The notes under the pieces: generated by a model | What the model was told of the DNA's origin: nothing | Databases searched by the model: none | The model's input: only the letters and a program-made list of their open reading frames with translations | Source of the DNA: Bacteroidaceae bacterium | Lineage (GTDB): Bacteria > Bacillota_I > Bacilli_A > RF39 > UBA660 | DNA: 27,797 nucleotides | Assembly (NCBI GenBank): GCA_963622405.1 | Contig: CAVFIJ010000071.1 | Span: 1 to 27,797, forward strand | Direction: 5' to 3' | Program-made: the position numbers and the translations under genes | In this document: positions 1 through 8,250 of the stretch, piece by piece | Layout: each line of letters starts with the position of its first letter | How positions within the stretch are numbered: position 1 is the first letter of the stretch

Positions 1-22
1 AGAGTAAGTTAGAAAGTGAAAT

Positions 23-55
23 AAAAAGAGTTACAAAAAGGTTTTAACTCTTTTT
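23..55 (+). terminator. Intrinsic terminator of an upstream gene lying mostly outside the window
   Basis: Inverted repeat AAAAAGAGTTA (23-33) / TAACTCTTTTT (45-55) ending in a T run. Confidence 0.6.
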
Positions 56-121
56 GTTTACAAATTATTTGTAAAATGTAGTATTTTGTCATATGTTTTA
101 TGTTTCCTTTTTCATAATATA

Positions 122-130
122 TGGTATAGT
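122..130 (+). promoter_or_regulatory. Possible extended -10 sigma-A promoter for the 57-aa ORF
   Basis: TGgTATAGT about 35 nt upstream of ATG 166; no clear -35. Confidence 0.35.
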
Positions 131-165
131 AAGATTACGAGAAAAATTAGAAAAGGAGAAATTAC

Positions 166-339
166 ATGACTGCTGATAAGATTAAAAGTAGTTTCGTTGT
201 TTTATTATTTTTAGTATTAATTGGAGTTTTGTGTGCTGGAATTTTTTATAACTTTATTTTGATTGATTTTGTGTATTTACTTTTTATAATAGGATGCTTT
301 ATAAGATATATTTATATTTTAATACATAATAAACAATAA
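166..339 (+). CDS. Small hypothetical membrane protein, 57 aa, two predicted TM helices (not in the ORF track)
   Basis: Strong RBS AAAGGAG (152-158) before ATG 166. ORF MTADKIKSSFVVLLFLVLIGVLCAGIFYNFILIDFVYLLFIIGCFIRYIYILIHNKQ fills the gap between two terminators. Confidence 0.7.
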   Translation: MTADKIKSSFVVLLFLVLIGVLCAGIFYNFILIDFVYLLFIIGCFIRYIYILIHNKQ

Positions 340-372
340 AAGACTGTAATAATTATTTTATTACAGCTTTTT
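338..372. terminator. Bidirectional terminator between the convergent small ORF and the sortase gene
   Basis: CTGTAATAAA (343-352) / TTTATTACAG (357-366) with a 4-nt loop and A/T-run flanks. Confidence 0.7.
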
Positions 373-937
373 AATATTTTGTTTTGGATTCTAAATCTGA
401 TATTATTATTAATTGTTTATTATTTTCTTTACCACATGTTGTTAATATTAATGATGTTTTTGTTTGTTTTGGTATGTTTATTATGCCTGTTTTATTGTCT
501 TTATATTTGTTATTAACTATGTAGGTATATTTTATGTTTTTATAATAAATGTTAATTTTATCTTTATTATTTAATTTATATATATTTTTAAAGTATGATA
601 TTTTACTGCTGCCAGAATGTGCAGCGAGAAAAAGATATGTATTTTCTTTATTGGGCATGGATGATTCTTTTAATATTTGGATGTTTTTTTCTACGGTATT
701 ATTTTTGGAAGTTTTTTCTACTAAACCTGCTTTTAAGTTTATTTTGGGTATTTCTATTATGGCTATGTATTTTTCATTTTCTATTTCAACATAGTTAAAA
801 AAGTTACTTATTTTTTTGTTTTCTATTTTTTTATAATATTTGTTTTCACTTGAATTATAAATGATTGCTATAACAGATATTGTTATTAATATTCCACTAA
901 ATAGTTTTATACCTATTATTATTTTTTTTGCAAACAT
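371..937 (-). CDS. Sortase (class D-like), N-terminally membrane anchored
   Basis: N-terminal TM; IEIPKINL; FLAAHSG (catalytic His); LILTTC (catalytic Cys); overlaps the 3' end of a surface-protein gene. Confidence 0.9.
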   Translation of the reverse strand: MFAKKIIIGIKLFSGILITISVIAIIYNSSENKYYKKIENKKISNFFNYVEIENEKYIAIIEIPKINLKAGLVEKTSKNNTVEKNIQILKESSMPNKENTYLFLAAHSGSSKISYFKNIYKLNNKDKINIYYKNIKYTYIVNNKYKDNKTGIINIPKQTKTSLILTTCGKENNKQLIIISDLESKTKY

Positions 938-2447
938 ATAAGATTCCTAATATCCCTATTATTAATGTTATATACTGAAAGAATGGTTTATCTTTTTTGG
1001 TATTTGGTACATTTATGGTTATGGTTTCTTTTTTATTTTTCATTTGTGCATTTACTTTTTGTCCGTTTTCTTTTATATTTAAATATATTTTTTCATTCGA
1101 TAATAAATATCCATTTGAGGCACTTTTTTCTATTATATAATATTTGCCTAATGGCAAATTATTAATACTTACTTTTCCCTCGTTATTTGTGGTATATGTT
1201 CCTATAAGTCTATCATTTTCTGTAAATAGCTGAATTACTGTGTTTGAAATAGGATTTCCATTATCATAATCTGTTTTAGTAAATTCAAGATTTCCTTTGG
1301 GTAAATAATTTTGTAGATTTATTTCTTTGTTTAGATTTTCCTGTTTTGTAAATTCAAAATAATATTTTTCATTGTTTAGCATATTTTCGCTACTTGTTTC
1401 ACATTCTAGTAAAAAATATTTACCATAATAAAGATTTGAAAGTGTTGCGATACCATTATTATCTGTTGTTAATGTGTTTATAAGACTATATTTTTTATAA
1501 ATTATATTACCCTTTGAATCTGTTATATCTTCGTTTGCATATACAGCAAATGTTACATTTGGTAAGGCAATTATATTATATTGATATGAAGCGTTTGTTA
1601 GTTCTAATTTTTCTCCTTTTTTATTTATTTTTAGTGTTGCACCATTACTTTTTAGCTTAACGCTAAATTTTTGTTTATTTGTAATTCTTAGCTTTGCATA
1701 TGTTTGGGTATTGTTGTTATAGTAAATTACTGTGCTTTTGTTATCGTATGATTTTCTTTCAAAGGTTATTTCTTCTTCGTTTATTTCATTTGGAGTAAAG
1801 GTTATTTCTAATTTGTTGTCTTTTTGAACTACTTGGTGTTTTCCATTATATGAGAAATTATAGTTATTTAAAACCTCGTTATTATCAACTATGGTAATGG
1901 TTTCATTCATATTACCTTCTAGTGTAGTATTTGCAAATGAAGGGGTTTTTTTATAGTTATTTATGAGGTTATTTATTTCATCCTTTTCTTTTGAAATATC
2001 TATTTCTTCTCCATTACCATTGTTTTGTGTTGTGAATTTTACGCTTATATTTTTAGCTTTTTCCCATATTAATTCTTGTGCAGCCATCCAGTATTTATCA
2101 TTGTTATGGCTCGGGTATTCTCTTCCAAAATAGCCTGCGAGTTCTATGTATTCTTTTTGCTCATCTGACAAATTAGTGATGCTCCAGTCTGTAGTTGAAC
2201 TATATGTAAACGTTGTTATTTGGACAAGCGGTTCTATGCAATAAGCAAGTTCTCCATCAGCATATAATTTTGTTACGGCATTGGCCATTGTTTTACCAGT
2301 TATATTATCTTGCTGAAAAAAATACACTCCTTCTATTTTTTGAAAGCTTACTTTTGTATCATTGATGGCTGCTTTAGCATGAGGTGAAGCTAAAAACATT
2401 AATAATAATACTATAACTATTTTTATATTCTTTTTTATAATTTTCAT
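897..2447 (-). CDS. Cell-wall-anchored adhesin with an N-terminal Cys-Gln thioester domain and two SpaA/CnaB-like isopeptide domains
   Basis: Signal peptide (AKA-A); AYCIEP (C70) and AAQELIWE (Q124, W128); repeats with NLxxGKYxxxE and E-box-like YYIIEKSASNGY; C-terminal VPNTK, TM segment and basic tail; RBS AAGGAGG. Confidence 0.85.
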   Translation of the reverse strand: MKIIKKNIKIVIVLLLMFLASPHAKAAINDTKVSFQKIEGVYFFQQDNITGKTMANAVTKLYADGELAYCIEPLVQITTFTYSSTTDWSITNLSDEQKEYIELAGYFGREYPSHNNDKYWMAAQELIWEKAKNISVKFTTQNNGNGEEIDISKEKDEINNLINNYKKTPSFANTTLEGNMNETITIVDNNEVLNNYNFSYNGKHQVVQKDNKLEITFTPNEINEEEITFERKSYDNKSTVIYYNNNTQTYAKLRITNKQKFSVKLKSNGATLKINKKGEKLELTNASYQYNIIALPNVTFAVYANEDITDSKGNIIYKKYSLINTLTTDNNGIATLSNLYYGKYFLLECETSSENMLNNEKYYFEFTKQENLNKEINLQNYLPKGNLEFTKTDYDNGNPISNTVIQLFTENDRLIGTYTTNNEGKVSINNLPLGKYYIIEKSASNGYLLSNEKIYLNIKENGQKVNAQMKNKKETITINVPNTKKDKPFFQYITLIIGILGILYVCKKNNNRYKTI

Positions 2448-2483
2448 TATTTCCTCCTTAAAATATGTAGGTCCTACGAGCCG

Positions 2484-2512
2484 AATATAACATATGGTAT
2501 TATTATGGTCAA
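2484..2512 (-). promoter_or_regulatory. Sigma-A promoter of the adhesin-sortase operon
   Basis: TTGACC, 17-nt spacer, TATATT, with TG extended -10 motif. Confidence 0.65.
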
Positions 2513-2538
2513 ATGATGATTTTACCTTATTTTCCTAT

Positions 2539-2595
2539 AAAAAAAGAAACAATTTAGGTTTTCTCGCCTAAGAGAAAATACCTTATTTGTTTCTT
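2539..2595 (-). terminator. Long imperfect hairpin with U-tract, probable terminator of the parAB-mscS-DUF951-abgT run
   Basis: AAGAAACAA (2544-2552) / TTGTTTCTT (2587-2595) enclosing AGGT/ACCT and TTTCTC/GAGAAA helices; T run follows on the minus strand. Confidence 0.6.
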
Positions 2596-2629
2596 GTTTG
2601 GATTTTATTTTATTAAATTATATGTTTTT

Positions 2630-4135
2630 TTACATTGTTGGATTTGTGCCATTTCCTATTGGCAATCCTAGTATATACCATCCTATTACAATTAAGATTA
2701 GTAATACGGCTAATAATAGTATTGATGGTAATGTTTGTTTTAAGGTACCAAATACTGTTATTTTTACGCTTTCTTTTTTGTTATATTTTTCAAGGAAGGC
2801 TAGCATTATAATAAAGTATATAAATAGTGGTGTTAGTCCTTTTCCTATGCTGTCAGCTATTTTAAAGATAAATTGAGTAAAATCAGGTGTTATATTGGCT
2901 TTCATGAATAAAGGAATTATTACGGGAGCTGCTATTGTCCATTTTGTTGTTAGATCGGGTATTAATATTGACATAAGTATTACACCTATGATGGTTATTA
3001 ATATTAATGGAATTCCCGTAAATTCTAAGTTGCCAATAAACGATGTTATGATACACGCTATTACTTCTCCTAAGTTTGTATAGTCTAATATACTTGATAA
3101 AAGTGATGTAAAGAACATTAGTATAAATATGTATCCTAAATTGTTAAATTCTTTGGATAATCCTACACTAAAGTCGTTTGTATCTTTAATGTTTTTGGAC
3201 ATATATCCATATATTCCTGAACAGACCATTAATACTATTAAAAACATGAAGATAAAGGCATCATTAAATGTTGAATTTCCTCCTAGTAACTGAGCAACAT
3301 AATCTTTTTGACTCATATCAAGTAATACTCCACTGCCTGGAAGATTAGGAGTTATCATGTATATAAATAGTATTATGAATAGGAGAAAAACAAGTGAGCT
3401 TATTACTAATCCTTTTTTTGAATAGTTGTATTTTTCTTCTTCTGTATAAGATTCTTTTATTTTTGGTTTTAAAAATGTTTCGAGGATGATTGTTCCAATT
3501 ATAGCAATTATAAAGGTTGATGATATCATTATAAATAATGATGACCATGCATTAAATTGATATGATGAATCTACTGTTAGGGCGGCAGTTTTTGTAAGCA
3601 GTCCTAGTTGATAATCTTCATAATTAAATACAAGTCCTGTTTCATATCCTAGGGTTATTCCAATAAATGTTACTAGTATGCCATAAACTGAATTTTTATT
3701 TAAATATTGATAAATTACAGCAGACAATGGAATTAAAATGACGTAGCTATATTCTCCAAAAAATGATGATATTATGGCTATAAATAAAGTTAAGAAAGTT
3801 ATTATTACGGATTTTACTATTTTAAATTTGGTAAATATTGCTTTGAACAGTCCACTTGCTTTTCCGATTGATATGGCCATTAATGATATTATTATTAATA
3901 CTAATGGTTCAAAGGCTCTAAAGTTATTTACAGGAGATGATAAAAAGTAATCAAGTCCTTCTTTGGATAATATGCTTTTTACTTTTGATGATGACTGTTC
4001 TATTGCTCCATTAGTAATTGTTGTTATTTCTCCGCGGAGTCCTATAGCAGAGGCAATGCAAGAGATTAGTATTATAACAAATATAAAGATTATAAGTGTT
4101 ATAACTGGTCCAAAACGTTTTTTTTCTTTTTTCAT
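2630..4135 (-). CDS. AbgT family transporter
   Basis: 501-aa polytopic membrane protein; VKSILSKEGLDYFLS...NFRAFEPL, KWTIAAPVIIPLFM and KIADS...LTPL match the AbgT/YdaH/MtrF pattern. Confidence 0.8.
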   Translation of the reverse strand: MKKEKKRFGPVITLIIFIFVIILISCIASAIGLRGEITTITNGAIEQSSSKVKSILSKEGLDYFLSSPVNNFRAFEPLVLIIISLMAISIGKASGLFKAIFTKFKIVKSVIITFLTLFIAIISSFFGEYSYVILIPLSAVIYQYLNKNSVYGILVTFIGITLGYETGLVFNYEDYQLGLLTKTAALTVDSSYQFNAWSSLFIMISSTFIIAIIGTIILETFLKPKIKESYTEEEKYNYSKKGLVISSLVFLLFIILFIYMITPNLPGSGVLLDMSQKDYVAQLLGGNSTFNDAFIFMFLIVLMVCSGIYGYMSKNIKDTNDFSVGLSKEFNNLGYIFILMFFTSLLSSILDYTNLGEVIACIITSFIGNLEFTGIPLILITIIGVILMSILIPDLTTKWTIAAPVIIPLFMKANITPDFTQFIFKIADSIGKGLTPLFIYFIIMLAFLEKYNKKESVKITVFGTLKQTLPSILLLAVLLILIVIGWYILGLPIGNGTNPTM

Positions 4136-4144
4136 TTTGTCCTC

Positions 4145-4327
4145 CTACTGTATTATTTTTTTTAATTTTTTATTAAAGTCGATGCGTGAAAGCATGATGC
4201 TTCTTCCGCATTTTAGACATTTTATTTTTATATCGGCCCCTATTCTAGTTATTTCCCATTTGTTTTCACCACATGGGTGTTGTTTTTTCATTATTACTAT
4301 TGTTCCTATATTATAGTTATTATTCAT
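4145..4327 (-). CDS. DUF951 (YyzM-like) small protein
   Basis: MKKQHPCG..WEITRIGADIKIKCLKCGR signature; usual position after parB-mscS. Confidence 0.9.
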   Translation of the reverse strand: MNNNYNIGTIVIMKKQHPCGENKWEITRIGADIKIKCLKCGRSIMLSRIDFNKKLKKIIQ

Positions 4328-5111
4328 TATGTACCACCACCTGTGGGTATGGAATTTCTATATTGGATTTATCAAAGGCTATTTTAACTGCTTTGTTTAC
4401 ATCTCTTTTAAATTGAATATCCTTTGTTGGTTCACAGTCCGCTATTAAACGGTATATTACGGCACTTGAGCCAAGTTCTTCTATTCCTAGTAGTGTTACA
4501 TCTGATGTTAAATAAGGTGTATTTTTACTTAGTGTTTCGCATACTTCTTTTAGTACTTTTTCGGTTTCACTTATATCTGCTGAATAAGACACAGTTATAT
4601 CAGCAATGCACTTTGATGTTTGAGTACTATAGTTTATTACTTCATTAATGTTTCTATTGTTTATTATTTTTACCTCTCCACTATAGGCTCTTATTTTGGT
4701 ATTTTTCATACCTAGTTCTATTATATCTCCTCTGAAATCTCCTATTTTAACATTATCTCCGACATCAAATTCATTATTAACAATAATAGAAAATCCAGCA
4801 AGAAAGTCTTTTAATATATCTTGTAGTGCTAATCCGGCAAGTACTCCTACTACTCCAAGTGACGCTAGCATAGCTTTGGTATCTACTCCCCATGTATCTA
4901 GGATAATGATGGCTGCAACAATAATAACTATATATTTTATGATATTGGTAATTAAGTGCATGATGGTAATAGATTTTTTATGTAATCCATATTTAGTACT
5001 TGCTTTAAACATTTTTTCTATAATTAATTTTATTAGTATATATATTAATACTGATATTATAACTATAAATATTGGTGATATTATTTCTTTGGTAAAAAGG
5101 GTTTTTAACAT
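4320..5111 (-). CDS. mscS: Small-conductance mechanosensitive channel (MscS family)
   Basis: Three TM segments; GVVGVLAGLALQDILKDFLAG; FDVGDNV; C-terminal IEIPYPQ. Confidence 0.92.
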   Translation of the reverse strand: MLKTLFTKEIISPIFIVIISVLIYILIKLIIEKMFKASTKYGLHKKSITIMHLITNIIKYIVIIVAAIIILDTWGVDTKAMLASLGVVGVLAGLALQDILKDFLAGFSIIVNNEFDVGDNVKIGDFRGDIIELGMKNTKIRAYSGEVKIINNRNINEVINYSTQTSKCIADITVSYSADISETEKVLKEVCETLSKNTPYLTSDVTLLGIEELGSSAVIYRLIADCEPTKDIQFKRDVNKAVKIAFDKSNIEIPYPQVVVHNE

Positions 5112-5115
5112 TTTA

Positions 5116-5982
5116 TCATTCCTTTATATTTAGTATTTCAAGAATACGATTTAAATCGGCATTGTTAACAAATGATATTATTATTTTTTTATCTTTTATT
5201 TTTACTTTGGTATCTAATTTTTCCCTAGCTATTTCTTCAACATAAGCATATTCTTTATTTTTTCTTTTTGTTTGAGGTTTGGCCTTGCTTATTGTTTCTT
5301 CTGCATTTCTTACTGTTAAGTTACTATTTACTATTTCCTTTGCTTTTTTTATCATTTCTTCATTATCTTTTAGTTTGCTTAATGCTCTTGCATGTCCCAT
5401 ACTAAGAGATTTATTTATTACCATTTGTCTTACTTCTTCTGGAAGTCTTAATATTCCTATAATGTTGGTAATATGGCTTCTACTTTTACTTACTCTTTTA
5501 GCTAGTTCTTCTTGGGTTATTCCTAGTTTTTCTATTAGTTTTTTATAGGCTTGTGCTTCTTCTATAACGTTTAAATCTTCTCTTTGAAGGTTTTCAAGAA
5601 GGGCTATTTCTGCCATTTTTTCATCTGATAGCTGTCTTATGATTGCTGGTATGGTTTTTTTACCGGCTATTTTACTAGCACGCAATCTTCTTTCTCCCGC
5701 AATTAGTTCATAGCCTTTAATACTTTTTTTTACTATTATTGGCTGAAATACTCCATTTTCTTTAATTGAGGATGCAAGTTCTTGTAATGATTCTTCATTG
5801 AATGTTATTCTTGGCTGATATGGGTTTGGTCTTATTTCATCAATATTTATTTCTACTATTTCTTCACCTTTTGTTTCTTCATATATTTTTTTATCTATGT
5901 TTTGAACGTTATTTATATTTAAATTATCTAAATCAAATAATTGTTCTAAACCTTTTCCTAGTGCTCTTTTTTTATTTTCCAT
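5116..5982 (-). CDS. parB: ParB/Spo0J chromosome partitioning CTPase
   Basis: N-terminal ALGKGL peptide; PNPYQPR; AGERRLRA; ENLQREDL; HTH TQEELA..SRSHITN; follows parA. Confidence 0.96.
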   Translation of the reverse strand: MENKKRALGKGLEQLFDLDNLNINNVQNIDKKIYEETKGEEIVEINIDEIRPNPYQPRITFNEESLQELASSIKENGVFQPIIVKKSIKGYELIAGERRLRASKIAGKKTIPAIIRQLSDEKMAEIALLENLQREDLNVIEEAQAYKKLIEKLGITQEELAKRVSKSRSHITNIIGILRLPEEVRQMVINKSLSMGHARALSKLKDNEEMIKKAKEIVNSNLTVRNAEETISKAKPQTKRKNKEYAYVEEIAREKLDTKVKIKDKKIIISFVNNADLNRILEILNIKE

Positions 5983-6757
5983 TTCTATTTATCACCTCTT
6001 TGGCTAAATTTAAATATGCTTCAGATCCACGGCTTTTAGGATCGTAAGCTATTATTGGTTTTCCATGGCTTGGAGATTCTGATAGTTTTACTAATCTTGG
6101 TATTATTGTGTCATATACTCTTTCTTTAAAATAACTTTTTATATCTTGTACTACCTCTAAGCCTAGGTTTGTTCTATTGTCTAACATTGTTAGTAGTACT
6201 CCTTCAATATCAAGTGTCGGATTTAAAGTTTTTTGGGCAAGCATTATTGAATTTAATAATTGCATTATTCCCTCTAAGGCAAAGAATTCACATTGAACTG
6301 GGATTATAACAGAGTCGGCGGCGGTTAGGGCATTTGTTGTTAATATACCTAATGATGGCGGACAATCTATTATTATGTAGTCAAATTTTTCTTTGGCTAT
6401 ATCCATGTATTTTTTTAATTGACTATTTTTGGCAAATTCTTTATCTAATCTACTTTTCTCCATTAACTCTATATCTGCTCCTGCGAGAGTTATTGTTGCG
6501 GGTATTATATAGAGATTTCTAAATTTTGTTTTTATTATTACTTCTTTTAGACTTGAATTATCTATTAGTAAATCATAAATACTATTTTGAATATCTCCTT
6601 TTTCTATACCTAGTCCTGTTGTACTATTTCCTTGGGGATCTAAGTCTATTAATAAGGTTTTTCTTCCAAGTGCACCTAATGATGCGGATAGATTAATACT
6701 TGATGTTGTTTTACCAACTCCACCTTTTTGATTTACTAATGCTATTACTTTTCCCAC
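5972..6757 (-). CDS. parA: ParA/Soj ATPase (likely GTG start at 6757; ORF track extends to 6769)
   Basis: NQKGGVGKTT deviant Walker A; DLDPQGN; IIDCPPSLG; PVQCEFFALEG; GGTGG RBS before GTG. Confidence 0.96.
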   Translation of the reverse strand: MGKVIALVNQKGGVGKTTSSINLSASLGALGRKTLLIDLDPQGNSTTGLGIEKGDIQNSIYDLLIDNSSLKEVIIKTKFRNLYIIPATITLAGADIELMEKSRLDKEFAKNSQLKKYMDIAKEKFDYIIIDCPPSLGILTTNALTAADSVIIPVQCEFFALEGIMQLLNSIMLAQKTLNPTLDIEGVLLTMLDNRTNLGLEVVQDIKSYFKERVYDTIIPRLVKLSESPSHGKPIIAYDPKSRGSEAYLNLAKEVINRNGK

Positions 6758-6834
6758 TGTTACCACCATTTTCTATATAATATGATATATACATTTTATC
6801 ATATTCTTGTTTATAAATCTATGTTTATCATAAA

Positions 6835-7158
6835 TTACTTATTTAATTTATTTATTATTTCATCATATTTTTTATATAACTCTTGTACACTATTTTCTAA
6901 AAAGAAATAATGTTTGACATAAAATATTAACATTACTAATAATATTAATACTACGATAATAAATAAAGATTCTTTTAAGGATAAATATAATGAAATTAAC
7001 AAAAATAGAGCAAAAAATAAAGTTACTAATAAGTGAACTAGTCTTTCGTGCTGAAAAAATTTTATTTTGACTAGATGATTATTTATTTCATCCATAGTGA
7101 TTTTATTTTCTAATTTTTTTTCTATCTCTTTTTTATATTCATTTATATATTCTTTCAT
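6835..7158 (-). CDS. Conserved-looking hypothetical two-TM membrane protein
   Basis: 107 aa; FFQHERLVHLLVT and HYFFLENSVQ flank a hydrophobic hairpin; own promoter TTTACT-17-TATAAT (7175-7203). Confidence 0.75.
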   Translation of the reverse strand: MKEYINEYKKEIEKKLENKITMDEINNHLVKIKFFQHERLVHLLVTLFFALFLLISLYLSLKESLFIIVVLILLVMLIFYVKHYFFLENSVQELYKKYDEIINKLNK

Positions 7159-7210
7159 TTTTCATCACATGATAATTATATTACTTTTTTTAGATTTAGT
7201 AAATAACATT

Positions 7211-7237
7211 AAAACCGTAGTGATTTTCTACGGTTTT
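7211..7237 (-). terminator. Intrinsic terminator
   Basis: AAAACCGTAG / CTACGGTTTT, 7-nt loop, immediately after the stop at 7241. Confidence 0.85.
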
Positions 7238-7240
7238 TTC

Positions 7241-7729
7241 TTACTGATTAGGTCGCACTTTATACCATTCTTTTAGAAGAGTTTCTAGTTCTTCGTTTTT
7301 TTCAACACATGGTGTTTCATCTTTTATTATTTCTTCATATTCTTCTTCTGTTAGGTTTCTTTCTTTTAGCATTTCTTCTTTGATTTCTGGCCAAAATTTA
7401 TTATCAATTTTGTCCATTTCTTCTTTGTTATAGCCAGTTGCTTCAGATATTTTTTCATCTGTTAGACAACTAAAATGTCTTAATGTTACAACGGCTGTTT
7501 GCCTATCTGATATAATTCTACACCATGTAATATAGTCACTGAATCTGGCAACATTGGCAGCAAATCTGCGTGGGTTTTCGGCAACTTTATTGAAGAGTTT
7601 ATCACGCAGTTTTTCCGTGTTTGCATTGCCATCGCTAACTATTTCGATTCTATATTTTCCTGCTAGCCCTTCTGCGGATTCAATTAATATGACATTTGTG
7701 CCTATTATAGTTTTTGGTTCTGCTAACAT
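7241..7729 (-). CDS. Hypothetical protein (162 aa) with a sigma-70 region-4-like helix-turn-helix
   Basis: RBS AAAGGAGG before ATG 7729; ISDRQTAVVTLRHFSCLTDEKISEATGYN resembles the LSxRQRxVxxLRYFxxLSxxEIAxxLGxS pattern; own promoter and terminator. Confidence 0.65.
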   Translation of the reverse strand: MLAEPKTIIGTNVILIESAEGLAGKYRIEIVSDGNANTEKLRDKLFNKVAENPRRFAANVARFSDYITWCRIISDRQTAVVTLRHFSCLTDEKISEATGYNKEEMDKIDNKFWPEIKEEMLKERNLTEEEYEEIIKDETPCVEKNEELETLLKEWYKVRPNQ

Positions 7730-7777
7730 ATTACCTCCTTTCGTCCTTTGAATGGGTTTGCCAATCAAATTACCTTT

Positions 7778-7806
7778 AGTTTATATTACTATGAAATTGA
7801 ATGCAA
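7778..7806 (-). promoter_or_regulatory. Sigma-A promoter of the HTH gene
   Basis: TTGCAT, 17-nt spacer, TAAACT. Confidence 0.6.
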
Positions 7807-7933
7807 ACAAGGGTTTTGGAGGTTTTTGATGCGTTTTTTTTATAATTTTGGGGAATTTCCTTTAGATGATTTTGATATAATTTATTTATTTGCATGTGTA
7901 AAATATGTTTAATTTACTAATTTTAAAATAATT

Positions 7934-7958
7934 AAAAAAGTGCTTTAAGTGGCACTTT
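7934..7958 (-). terminator. rpmE terminator
   Basis: AAAGTGC / GCACTTT hairpin overlapping the stop codon, followed by a T run on the minus strand. Confidence 0.75.
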
Positions 7959-8166
7959 AGTTTTGTTTATCAAATCCATATTTTTTATTAAATTTTTCAA
8001 CACGTCCAGCTTTTTTAGCTGTTCCTTGTTTTCCTGTAAAAAATGGATGACATTTATCACATACTTCTAATTGTAATTCTGGTTTGTTTGATTTAACTGT
8101 AAATGAATTACCACAAGCACATGTAACTTTAGTATCTACGTACTCTGGATGTATGCCTTTTTTCAT
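7957..8166 (-). CDS. rpmE: 50S ribosomal protein bL31 (zinc-binding type A)
   Basis: [13 protein letters not shown]...[10 protein letters not shown]...[10 protein letters not shown]. Confidence 0.97.
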   Translation of the reverse strand: MKKGIHPEYVDTKVTCACGNSFTVKSNKPELQLEVCDKCHPFFTGKQGTAKKAGRVEKFNKKYGFDKQN

Positions 8167-8215
8167 TCTATCGCTCCTTCCGCCATGACAAATTTATGTC
8201 ATAGAAATTTAATGC
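8167..8215 (-). promoter_or_regulatory. Probable bL31 autoregulatory leader hairpin
   Basis: CTATGACA / TGTCATGG stem (8183-8204) directly before GGAAGGAG RBS; layout resembles Firmicutes rpmE leaders. Confidence 0.5.
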
Positions 8216-8221
8216 TTTTAT

Positions 8222-8250
8222 ATTGTAGCAAAGTTTTTTTTTAAAATCAA
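8222..8250 (-). promoter_or_regulatory. Sigma-A promoter of rpmE
   Basis: TTGATT, 17-nt spacer, TACAAT, with TG extension. Confidence 0.7.

Noticed and set aside
1..47. 3' end of an upstream plus-strand CDS
   Set aside because: Stops occur in all three frames and there is too little sequence to choose one
7738..7762. GGCAAACC...GGACGAAAG resembling a c-di-GMP-I riboswitch
   Set aside because: No paired GNRA-capped P2, no P3 and no room in a leader of about 42 nt; a simple hairpin plus RBS explains it. A covariance-model search would settle it
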